Shown here piece after piece: positions 1-11,048 of a stretch of DNA of 64,000 bases; the first letter of the stretch is position 1, and each line of letters starts with the position of its first letter. The DNA is from Chiloscyllium plagiosum (taxonomy: Eukaryota): NCBI RefSeq assembly GCF_004010195.1, contig NC_057719.1:30956294-31020293 (forward strand), in the 5' to 3' direction. The position numbers and the translations under genes were made by a program. The notes under the pieces were generated by a model. It searched no databases. It was not told where the DNA came from and was given only the letters and a program-made list of their open reading frames with translations.

Positions 1-3000
1 AATCTTTCTGGTACCAAGGACTAAGAGTGGGGCTGGGTACTGAAGAAGTGGACTAGCTTACAATAGAAAAAAATGAATAAATAACAGCTTTGACATGATC
101 TTAATTTTATACATCTAAAATCTTTTAAACTTTCTGCATTAAAAGCCCCTAGTATTTTTCAAGATAAAATTATACTTAAATTCCTGTTGCTGTTTTTCTA
201 CGCTATTTTTCTATGTTATTTTCAATTCAAAAGCAAATGGTGAATATTACACCTCTCTTTGACTTTGTGATTTGGACCATGAGTTTGTAATACAACAGTA
301 ACTGTTGGGAAGACAATGTTTAAGAACGTTTTAGTAAAATTATGTGTTTATTTCATCATTTTGACTTGATTAAGAAAGTGAGGAATTAAATCATATTCTA
401 TTTAATTGTATTCAATGTAGAATGCTTCTGTACCGCATGACTCACACAACTTATAACCTATGATCACTTGGGGGTGGGGCAGGAGCTGCTACATTTAGTT
501 TCATATCACAGAACATGAAGCTGCATCATACTTTCTCTTTTACACTAAGTGTTAAAATGCATCTATATTGTGTACACATTTTATATAATTTTAAGTTCAA
601 TCAATTGTGTAGGTTTCTGCATTGGTTTTATATTGTATCAAGATTATATGCAAGCATGTAAAAAAATTAATTTTAAAAATGTGTACTCTTTGAACCATCA
701 ACAACCCCTAGTAAAACCACACTCCTGGTAGATGGTTTCTAAAAACAAGGTAACCGATAAGGTGTTTGATTTAATGAGGAACTCTCACTAATTCAGCAAA
801 ATTGAGGAGATGAGCTCAGAGTATCCTTCACAGAACAAGACAACACACATCTTCCTATACTGAACTAAGTAATGAAGGTATTGTATAAATTCTATAATCC
901 TATAGCAGTAAACCATCAAAATAATAGGTACATAACACAAAGAAGATGATTTCATGAATAACTGACACTGTAGGAAATCAATCAGGGGACAGTAGGAAAT
1001 GATTTTACTTAGATGATTACTCCTTTTTTTGGAACTCAGGGGTTAGGCAGACACTACCAAGATTGATGTAAACTGTTCGTGCACTAAAAAGCCAATTAGA
1101 AATCATCCACAACAATAGTGGCTGGTAAGGGCTTTAAACACTTCCTGCGCAAGGAGAAAGCTCTGAGGCAGAAGATTTTCTATCATCAGAATAAGAAATT
1201 TGTACCCAGTCAAACAATATTGCAAAGTGGCATCCCAACTTGGATAGAGTGCAAACTGTTATGTTTATTAAGTATTAATCCTGCTGTACTTGCCTTGATA
1301 AACATCTTAAATTCTGTAAAACATGGGAAAACATATTTTTACCTAAAATGCTCTTGTAACCAGTCAGGATTAGTAAACCTTTAGATTAGTTCCTTCGTAG
1401 TCATTCTTTAATTGTAATTGATTTAGGTTTTACAATTAAAATGAACCCTAAAATTCTTACAATTGAATGGCAGTTATATTATGAGTCATATTCTTGTTTT
1501 TAAATTCTTGAAAATAATCATCTTACACACTTCTACACAGCATCACCATAAACCACTTACCATTTGACTCTATTCTCTTAGAAACAGCTTGGAATGATTT
1601 ATCTTAGCTTTAATACACAAAACTAAAATGTGCCCACCTGCCCATGGGTTCCGGATTTGAATGTCTGCTAATTTTAATATTTTTTAAAGTGCACAACTTT
1701 TAAGTAATTTTCATACAAATAAGGATGTGTCAGTTTATCTGAAATTAAACTGCAGAATGAAGGTCTAACAAAGAGTCATAATGAAACATCAACCAGTATT
1801 TGTTATGACCAACTTGCTGTTTATTTGAAATATTTTGTATTATTTATTAGCACCTTTATATGTATTAACACATTTGATATCAAGCCATTATAAAGAGATG
1901 AATTATGGAGTCATTGAGTCATACAGCACATTAGCAGCTTCAGTCAAACTCATCTGCGCCAACTAAACGTCCCAATCCGACTTAGTCCCATTTTCCAACA
2001 TTTGGCCCATATCCCTCTAAACCCTTCCTACTCATGTACCATCCAGATGCCTTTTAAATGTTGTAATTGTACATTTATGATATTTCTCTCTGAAATTTAA
2101 ACAAGTGGTTATGATAGTTTTAAATGAATGGTTAGCTTTGCTCAGTTAAAATAGATACAAGAAAGTAATTTGAATTTCTATATGGTGATTCGCTCTTATA
2201 ATAAATTCTGGCCCATAATTTCTGTCACCTGGTTAAAATACAAACGTAAATGTTTGCACACTGTAGTTATTTAATAGAATCTCAAATGCTCAAAAACTTG
2301 TATGAAGAAACTAGGAGATGAATTTTGTGTTCAGGTGGGACTGTGGAACTGCTATTCGTCCAGCGTTTGTAACTTATCAGTGTTTCAATTTTGTTTATTG
2401 TCTTCACATTCAGTTGTGACTTAGCTGATGATGGTGATCTTCTTGGACTACTTGTCTTGCCTCTGAGCTCCTCCCTTTATTACCTACCACCATTGATTCT
2501 AATTTCTCCCTTCTTTGGGTTCTTGTTTTCTCTCTCAACCCCACTCCAAGTTTGTGCTTTCTTCCTACTGTTTCCAGTTTTGTCCAACCATCCCACTCTT
2601 GTTTTGGTTCTCACTCTCAGTCACTGGCATTGTTTCATAGAATCATAGAATCTCCACAGCACAGATAGATACTATTTGGCCCAAAGAGTTTGCACTGACC
2701 ATTTAATGAGCATGGGCTCTGACAACATTCCAGCAATAGTACTGAAAACTTGAAGTTCACCTGGCCAAGCTGTTCCGGTACAAAGTGAAAATTGCCCAGG
2801 TACTTCCTGCACACAAAAAGCAGCACAAATCCAACTCCACCAATTATCAAGCAATGAGTTTACTCTCAATTATCAAATGATGAAAGGTGTCATCAACAGT
2901 GGTATTAAGCAGCACATGCTCAGTTTGGGTTCTGCCAGAGCCACTCTGCTCTTGATCTCATTACAGCCTCTGTTCAAATCCAAATTCAAAACAGCTGAAT

Positions 3001-3599
3001 TCCAGAGATGAGGTAAGAGTGACATTAAAGCTGTATTCGACTGACTGTGGCATCAAGGAGCCCTAGAAAATTAGAATCAATGGGTATCAGGGGGTAACCT
3101 CTCCACTGACTGGAGTCATATCTGACACATAGGAAAACAGTTGCAGTTGTTGGAGGTCAGTCATCTCAGCTCCAGGACATCTATGCAGGGATTCCTCAGA
3201 GTAGTGTCCTAGGGCCAAACATCTTCAGTTGCTTCAACTATGACCTTCCCCCCATCATAAGTTCAGAAGTGGAGATGTTTGCTGTTGATTGCAATATTCA
3301 GCACCATTCACAACTCCTCCTCAGGTGCTGAAGCAGACCATGTTTCAGTGCAATAAAATCTGGACCCATACAGGATTGGGTTGACAAGTACTAAGTAATA
3401 TTCATGCCACACAAATGCCAAGCAATGACCATCTCCAATAAAAGACAATCTAATCACTGCCTCTTGACTTTCCATGATGTTACCATCACTGAATACCACA
3501 CTATTAACATCCTTGGGGTTACCATTGACCAAAAACTCAACTGGACTTGTCACATAAACACAGTGGCTACAAGAAGAGGGCAGAGGCTAGGAATATTAC

Positions 3600-5140
3600 A
3601 AAGAACAAAGAAAATTTACAGCCCAGGAACAGGCCCTTCAGCATTCCAGGCCTGAGCCGATCCAAATATACTGTCTAAACCTGTCAGTCAATTCCTAAGC
3701 ATCTGCATCCCTCTGTTCCCCACCTACACATGCATCCGTCCAGACGCATCTTAAATGAATCTACCATGCCTGCTTCTACCACCACTGCTGGCAATGCATT
3801 CCAAATGTCAACCATCCTCTGTGTGTAGTACTTGCTGTGTGTATCCCCCTTAAACTTTTCACCACTCACCTTGAAAGCGTGACCTCTCGTTATTGAATCT
3901 TTCACCCTGGGAAAAAGTTTGTCTCTATCCACCCTGTCTATACCCTTCATGATTTTAGGAGAAAGTGAGGACTGCAGATGCTGGAGATCAGAGCTGAAAA
4001 ATGTGTGGCTGGAAAAGCGCATCAGGTCAGGCAGCATCCAAGGAGCAGGAGAATCGACGTTTCGGGCATAAGCCCTTCTTCATGATTTTGTAAACCTCAA
4101 TCAGGTCCCCCCTCAATCTCCTTTTTTCTAATGAAAATAAACCTAACCTACACAACCTCTCTTCATAGCTAGCACCTCCCATTCCAGGCAACATCCTTGC
4201 AAACCTTCTCTGTACCCTCTCCAAAGCATCCACATCCTTTTGGTAATGTGGCGACCAGAACTGTACACAGTATTCTAAATGCAGCCGAACCAATGTCTTG
4301 TACAATTTTAACATGACTTGCCAGCTCTTCTACTCAATACCCGTCCAATGAAGGCAAGCATACTATATGCCTTCTTGACCACTCCATCCACCCGTGCAGC
4401 AACCTTCAGGGTACGATGGACCTGCACTCCCTGATCTCTCTGCCCATCAGCTTTTCCCAAGGCACTTCCGTTCATTGTATAATTCGCTCTAGAATTAGTC
4501 TTGCCTAAATGCATCACTTCACAATTGTCTGGATTGAAATCCATCTGCCACTTTTCCGCCCAACTCTCCAGTCTATTTATATCCTCCTGTATTTTCTGAC
4601 AGTCCCTTATGCTTTCTGCTACTCCACCAAACTTTGTGTCATCTGCAAACTTGCTAATCATACCAACAGTGCCCACTTCCAGATCATTTATGTATATCAC
4701 AAATAACAGTGGCCCCAACACTGACCCCTGTGGAATACCACTGGTCAGCTTTCTCCATTTTGAGAAACTCCCTTCAACTACTATTCTCTGTCTCCTGTTG
4801 CTCAACCAATTCTTTATCCACCTAACTAGAACACCCTGCACACCATGTGACTTCATTTACTCTATTAGTTTACCATGGGGAACCTTATCAAACGCCTTAC
4901 TGAAGTCCATATATATGACATCAACAGCTCTTCCTTCATCTATCAACTTGGTCACTTCCTCAAAGAACTCTATTAAGTTGGTAAGGCACGATCTCTCCCG
5001 CACAAAACCATGTTGCCTATCACTGATAAGCCCATTCTTTTCTAAATAAAAATAGATCCTATCCCTCAGTACCCACTCCAGCAACTTCTCCACCACCAAC
5101 GTCAGGCTCACTGGTCTGAAGTTACCTGGAATATCCCTAC
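3600..5140 (-). mobile_element. CR1 LINE, 5'-truncated ORF2 with frameshifts
   Basis: ORF fragments [45 protein letters not shown]. Short repeated tail at about 3600. Confidence 0.92.
3957..4077 (-). mobile_element. Short Penelope pLTR-derived insertion with partial hammerhead motif
   Basis: Interrupts the CR1. 12-bp TSD CTTCATGATTTT at 3945-3956 and 4078-4089. Confidence 0.8.
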
Positions 5141-7329
5141 TACTACTGTGGCAAGTAACTCACCACCTGAATCCCCAAAGCCTGTCAAGCATCTACAAGA
5201 CACAAGTTAGGACTGTGATGGAATATTCCTTGGATGGATGTGCTGCAACAACACTCAAGAAGCTTGAAACCATCCAACACAAAGCAGCCTGTTGACTGGC
5301 ACCACATCCTCAACTCTCCACTTTCTCCACCACTAAGGCTCAAGGCAGCAGAATGTACCATCTACATGATGCATTGCACAAATTCACCAAAGATCCTCAG
5401 ATAGCACTTTCCAAATACATGAGCACTTTCAACTAGAAGGACAAGGGCATATGGGAACACAACCATTTGCAAGTTCTCCTCCAAAACTCACTATCCTGAC
5501 TTGGAAATAAATTGCTGCTCCTTAATTGTCACTGGGTAAAAATCCTGGAATTCTCTCCCCAAGGGCAACATGGGTTAACCTACAACATGTGGACCGCTAT
5601 GGTTCAAGAAGGCAGCTCACCACCACCTTCTCAGTGGCAACTGGGACAGTCAAAATAATTGCTGGCTAGCCAGCGCCATTCACATTCTACAAGTGAATTT
5701 AAAAAGTGGTACTTCGCACTCTCCATAATCTCAATTATCAAAGGAAGAAGTGTTAGCAGAGAAAGAGATGCAAGTCTGCACGGAATTATGAGGGTGAAGA
5801 TCCTGAGATGGGCCAGGATAATTAAAACAGACAGATGGGACAAAGATTAGCGAAGGCATGGAGGCCACTGACAATCGTGTTGCAACTCACTTCCAAGGTA
5901 ACTGAGCAGGGTTGAAACTTTGTGTTCCTGTTAGAACTTTATTTGTGCAATTAGCTGTCAATTGCTTACTCAAGGATTCAATTTTTTTTCCAATTTATGC
6001 AATAAAATGCCTACATTTCCTTACAGTTGTGCTTCAGATCTCCTCAGTTTTATGAAAGCTAAAGTCTGTGTGCCTGAATCAATGTTAGTACTGAAGTACC
6101 TATGATGCAGTAAACATTTCTACTACCTCACGTTCCTGATTGGTTGCTAAAACACTCCTTGCATCATTACTGGAAGTATGAAGATGCTGATCCCCTCAAA
6201 GTAGAAGAGGTTCTGAGTCTGAATTCCAAAAGATTATGTTTTTTGATTGAGAAGATTAGTTTCAAAGAAGAGACATTCTGGCCTTGAAGCGTTAACTGTT
6301 TCCCCTTCTGTGGATGCTGCCAGACCGAAGGAATTTCTCCAAAATGAGTTCACATGAGGAATTCCATTCCTTGGTGAATATTAGTGAGTTATCTGACATC
6401 CTGAGATGGCTCCTTATGCAGCTTACATCACCACTATCCCTGAAAAGCTTATTAATGAAATGAGCCTTTACCATTGTAATATTTGAGTATCCATACTGAC
6501 AATACTTGCATGAATGCAGGCTATGAAGTTTGGGTCAGTTTTCTTCATTCAGCTTCTCTATCAAAAGAAATTGTAAATTATGATGTGATTTTACCATTAC
6601 CTACCTCCCAGCATGTTCTAGTGTGACTTTGAGAACCCCAGACCTGGGACAGAACTTCTTCTGCTCCCCCCGCCCTGTAAAATGATCATTAATTGTTGCA
6701 TAAGACAATCTGTTTTTGTCCTAATCTGCTTTCTTACCTGATCTGGCCTGCATGTATCTCAAGACTCATGGCAATATTGTTTGCTTTTAACTGCCCTTTG
6801 ACATATTCAAGCAAGCTTCTCAGTTCCAGAGCAATTAGGAGATGGTAACAAATGTTGGTTGCACACATGCCATTAAACAGAAAAAAAAATCAGCGAGACC
6901 ATTAAAATGAGGGTTTCAGCTGAGACTGCTGCAGATAACATGGATGCTACAGTCAAAAAGACAGTTTGAACAGAAAATTGAAAACACCATTACTGAAAGT
7001 ATGGAGATGTGGAAGCCCTCAAAGTGGAGGAGGTTCTGAGTCTGAATTCCAAAAGACTGGATCTTTTTGATTGAGAAGATTAGTTCAGATGAAGTCATAC
7101 TTGTAGCATTAACTCTGTTTCCTTTTCCACAGATGCTGCCACATCTACAGAGATTATCTAAAATTTTCTGTCTTTATTTCAGGTATCCAGCATCCACAAT
7201 ATTTTAGGTTTTTATCAGATAGAGCAGCTGCCTCTCATAAATGGATACCGTCACATCTAGCCAGGTCTCTATAAATGCTACCCCAGATAATAGAAACACA
7301 TTTGACAAACAGAAAAAAGTGAAATTAAG

Positions 7330-8385
7330 TAAGCCTCATACAGGATGAGAAACTTAATAAGTCATGAAAATTGGTGGTGTAGTGGACAGGGATGAAGGCT
7401 ATCTCAGAGTAAAGTGGGACCTTGATAAAAGGCCAAAGTGCCGAAGAGTGGTAATTGGAGTTTAATATAGGTAAATGTGAGGCGTTGCATTTTGATAAGG
7501 CAAACCAGGACAGTACTTGTACACTTAATGGTAGGGTCCTGGGGAGTGTGGCTGAACCAAGAGACCAAGTACAGGTGCATTGTTCCTGGTAAGTGAAGCC
7601 ACAGGCAGACAGGATGGTGAAGACAACATTTGGCACTCTTGCCTTCATTGGTCAGTGCATTAAGTATAGGAGTTGGGACGTCATGTTGCAGCTGTACAGG
7701 ATATTGCTGAGACCACTTTTGGAATATTGAATTCAATTCTGCTCTCCCTGCTATAGAAAACTTGAAATGGTTCAGAAAACATTTACAAGGGTATTGCCAG
7801 GATTGGAGGATTTGAGCTAGAGGGAGATACTTAATAGACTGTGGCTTTTTATCCTGGTGTCTAATGCTGAGTGGTGACCTTATAGAGGCTTCTAAAGTCA
7901 TGAGAGGCATGAATAGGATGAAGGGACAAAATCTTTTTTCCAGGCTAGGGGATTCCAAATCAAGAGGGCATGGTTATAAGGTGAGAGGGGAAAGGTTTAA
8001 AAGGGAGCTGAGAGGCAACTTTTTCACGCAGATGGTGGTGCATGTATGGAATGAACTACCAGAGGAAGTGGTGGTGGCTGGTACAAATAAAACATTTAAA
8101 AGGCATCTGGATGGATACAGGAATAGGAAGGTATTAGAGGGCAATAGGACTAAATTAGTTCAGGTTCGAAGGGTCACTGATCCAAAACATTAACTCTGAT
8201 TTCTCCTTACAGATGTTGCCAGATCTGCTCAGCTTTTGCAACAATTTCTGTTTTCGTTTCTGATTTTTACAGCATCCGCAGTTCTTTCGATTCTTATCTA
8301 GATTAGTTTAGGATGTCAGGTCGGCATGGATGAGTTGGGCCAAGGGTCTGGTGCCGTATAACTTAATGACACTGGACAGCTGGCA
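7330..8385 (+). mobile_element. CR1 LINE 3' fragment, with a pLTR-derived insertion at about 8165-8300
   Basis: CR1 ORF2 C-terminus (RGHGYKVRGERFK, VWNELPEEVV) and a CR1 3' UTR. Confidence 0.85.
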
Positions 8386-8399
8386 CTTCTAATCCTGCA

Positions 8400-8860
8400 G
8401 AGCGCTGTGTTACCGGTACGAACTGCAAAAATGACAGTTGACTCCAGATCAACGCGAAGGAAGCGCAGCGCGGGCCCATCTAAGCCCCGCCCTTTTCCAA
8501 ACTCCACCCAACCCTTTGCTCCAGCAGCAACGCCGGCCCCGCCTGGTTATCCCTCCAGCGCCGGCCACGCCTCTCCAGTGCTAGGTGGGGCGCAGTGTGC
8601 GCCGGGACGGATGGTGACGTTGCACAATAACAAAGTAGGCGGTGTGGGGGTAGCGAAGTATGTTTATATTTTATAATTGAGGGCGACATGGATGCGAGTT
8701 TTGTCTCTAATGTCGAAACGGCAGATAATGCCCAGAATTTCTTGAAGCATCCGGGAAAAAGATATTGTCAACCCGAAAGGTAAATCAAAACGCATTTAGC
8801 GATGAAATTACGTTGGAGTGAGTGAAAACCGGACGCGAATTCGCTGTACAACTTGCCTAG
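8400..8860 (+). promoter_or_regulatory. CpG-rich promoter / first-exon region of C14orf28
   Basis: Most conspicuous CpG/GC-rich island in an AT-rich window. GC box CCCCGCCC at 8485-8492, CRE-like TGACGT at 8615-8620. Followed by an ATG in strong Kozak context and a splice donor. Confidence 0.75.
8688..8779 (+). CDS. C14orf28: C14orf28 (DORIP1) coding exon 1: MDASFVSNVETADNAQNFLKHPGKRYCQPE(R)
   Basis: gcgacATGG Kozak, 92 nt open frame, donor AAG|gtaaat at 8780. Phase 2 matches the acceptor at 20404 (AG+G = Arg), and exon 2 has no Met at its start. Confidence 0.75.
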
Positions 8861-9208
8861 AGTTTACTGGCTGAAGGTGGTGTATTTGTCACTGGGCCTT
8901 ACTCTAGTGCAGTTCTCAAAACATTCGTAGTCACGCACTTAAATTCACTTTGGATTTCAGAGACACGGTTGGTAAACTTTCTTGACGGCAGATTTGGTCT
9001 GATAATTCTGCTGAAACGAATTTCTATGAAGGTTTATCTCAAAACTTTTTGTTTTCCCTGGCGGTGCAGTCGTCCATTTAAAACAGAACTCATGATGGTA
9101 AGAAAATCCATGAATTTTGTACTGCTGTCCCACTACAGATTAAGAATTGAGTAAGGAAATATTGATTTGGGTAAATGGAAATGTACAGTCGGCAAATTTG
9201 TATTTTTG

Positions 9209-9414
9209 CTGAAAAATGTGTTGCTGGAAAAGCGCAGCAGGTCAGGCAGCATCCAAGGAGCAGGAGAATCGACGTTTCGGGCATAAGCCCTTCTTCAGGC
9301 TTATGCCCGAAACGTCGATGCTCCTGCTCCTTGAATGCTGTCTGACCTGCTGCGCTTTTCCAGCAACACATTTTTCAGCTCTGATCTCCAGCATCTGTAG
9401 TCCTCACCTTTCTC
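9209..9414. mobile_element. Palindromic pLTR-derived element (family A)
   Basis: Inverted arms around an 8-nt spacer near 9290. 16-bp TSD CAAATTTGTATTTTTG at 9193-9208 and 9415-9430. Confidence 0.85.
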
Positions 9415-9431
9415 CAAATTTGTATTTTTGT

Positions 9432-9628
9432 CATGATTTGGAGGTGCCGGTGTTGGACTGGGGTGTACGAAGTTAACCGAAGGGTCTGTTTCCATGCTGT
9501 ACATCTCTATGACTATGACCAGGTTATAGTCCAGCAGGTTTAATTGGAAGCACACTTGGAAGCACTCCGAAAGCTAGTGTGCTTCCAATTAAACCTGTTG
9601 GACTATAACCTGGTATGTGATTTTTAAC
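9432..9628. mobile_element. Palindromic pLTR-derived element (family B, same as the termini of 58808-60590)
   Basis: Inverted CCAGGTTATAGTCC...GGACTATAACCTGG. 13-bp TSD TTTGTATTTTTGT at 9419-9431 and 9629-9641. Confidence 0.75.
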
Positions 9629-10846
9629 TTTGTATTTTTGTGGCTTTGTCTCACTTTTTAAAAATCCGACCTGGAACTTGATGTAAAGTTGCAATCATTG
9701 TATTTCAACAACGATGTGTAAAATATGTGTTGACATGATTTCCTTGCTGAAGTACCCAAATGCTCCAGTTTTTGTGAACTGAAACTGGATGCCCCGTCAC
9801 TTTTGGGACATCCAGTAATGGAAATTCGTGCTACCTGCTTGCCCATTCTAATAACCCTGCTCTGTACTGGTCTCAATGCGCACTCTCTCTGATTCATTGG
9901 TTAAGTGTTGAGTAAGCTCTCGAGTCAAATAGCACACTTTTGTAGAACTCAGAACCATACTTTAACCAAGTGAACCAGGTACAGTATTGCTAGGCTGATG
10001 CATTTGTGGAATTGATTTGGATTATGATTATAACATTGCCATATTGTGTTTGCAAAAATGTATTAATAGTACTGCGTTGGATTTTAGACTGAGAATGTTC
10101 CTTCGAAGGAATGGTGTTTTAAATTTTACTGATGTGATTTTAAAAAACTAGTTAAAATAGGTCCAGTGAAAGAAAGTCATTTTACCATTTATTGTTTAAT
10201 CATTTGGACCCTGAATATATCATTCTCCAAAAAAGACTGTGAAATACAAATTTCTTCTTCTAGCCATATTGAAGGTGCAAAAAAAAGTAAGATAGTAGCA
10301 GTCGGATTTTAGATTTGTTTTTCTCATTATTTAAAGGATTTTCCAAATGGCTGCAAAATCATAATTTGAAAAAGTCAACATCTTCTTTGAATAAATTATC
10401 CAGTGAGGTTTTGGACAGTTGGCCATTTCCTACTCCTGTAAGGAACAGTGAAAGATTTTTAAAATAAATGATGCATTTTATATTTGTAGGATGTCTGAAA
10501 TTGCTTCAAAATGATTTTGCTTTGTAAATCTTGTCATGTTTGTTAGGCATACGCAGTGAATGAGATGAGGCAGCAATGGGATACATGCCTCAGTCTATTT
10601 CTTTCGCAGAAATTGTTTATATCCATTTGAACAGCACATTGGTAAGGTCTCATCCAAAAGACAGCTCCCTAGCAATTCTACATTAGAGTAAAATAAACAG
10701 CTGCTGGACTCAGTCCTTCAAACCTGCTACACCATTTAGTAAGGTGATGGCAAATCCTTTACCTCAAATCCACCTTCCTGCATTATTGCTATATTCCTTA
10801 GAATTCAAATTCTATGATTTCTGCCTTGAATATATTCAGTGAATAT

Positions 10847-11048
10847 AAAAACCAGAAGAACTGTGGGTTCTGTAAACCAGAAACAAAAACAGAAGTTGCT
10901 GAAAAAGCTCAGCATGTGTGGCAACACCTCTGAAGAGAAACCAGAGTTAATGTTTCAGGTCGGGTGACCCTTTTGGAAATGTTAACTCTGATTTCTCTTC
11001 TCAAATGTTGCTAGACTTGCTGAGATTTCCAGCAGCTCCAGTTTTTGC
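10847..11048. mobile_element. Palindromic pLTR-derived element (family C, older)
   Basis: Imperfect inverted arms (CAGAGTTAA...TTAACTCTG). TSD ATTCARTGAATAT at 10834-10846 and 11049-11061. Confidence 0.65.

Larger units (their letters stand above)
2640..5705 (+). mobile_element. Old CR1/L2-group LINE remnant, split by a younger CR1 at 3600-5140
   Basis: Degenerate RT motifs (PQSSVLGP-like, MFAVDC, ILGVTIDQKLNWTCHI). The element resumes after about 5146 and ends in the 3' tail shared with DeuSINE-like SINEs. Confidence 0.7.

Noticed and set aside
1..1900. Short ORFs in the AT-rich left end
   Set aside because: No recognisable homology or convincing exon structure.
8316..8689. Pro/Ala/Arg-rich ORFs on both strands
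   Set aside because: Expected by chance in a GC-rich promoter; no recognisable domain.
9090..9555. Recurring small ORFs such as MCCWKSAAGQAASKEQENRRFGHKP (also near 17727, 29051, 57065)
   Set aside because: Chance translations of the repeated palindromic pLTR element, not a peptide gene family.
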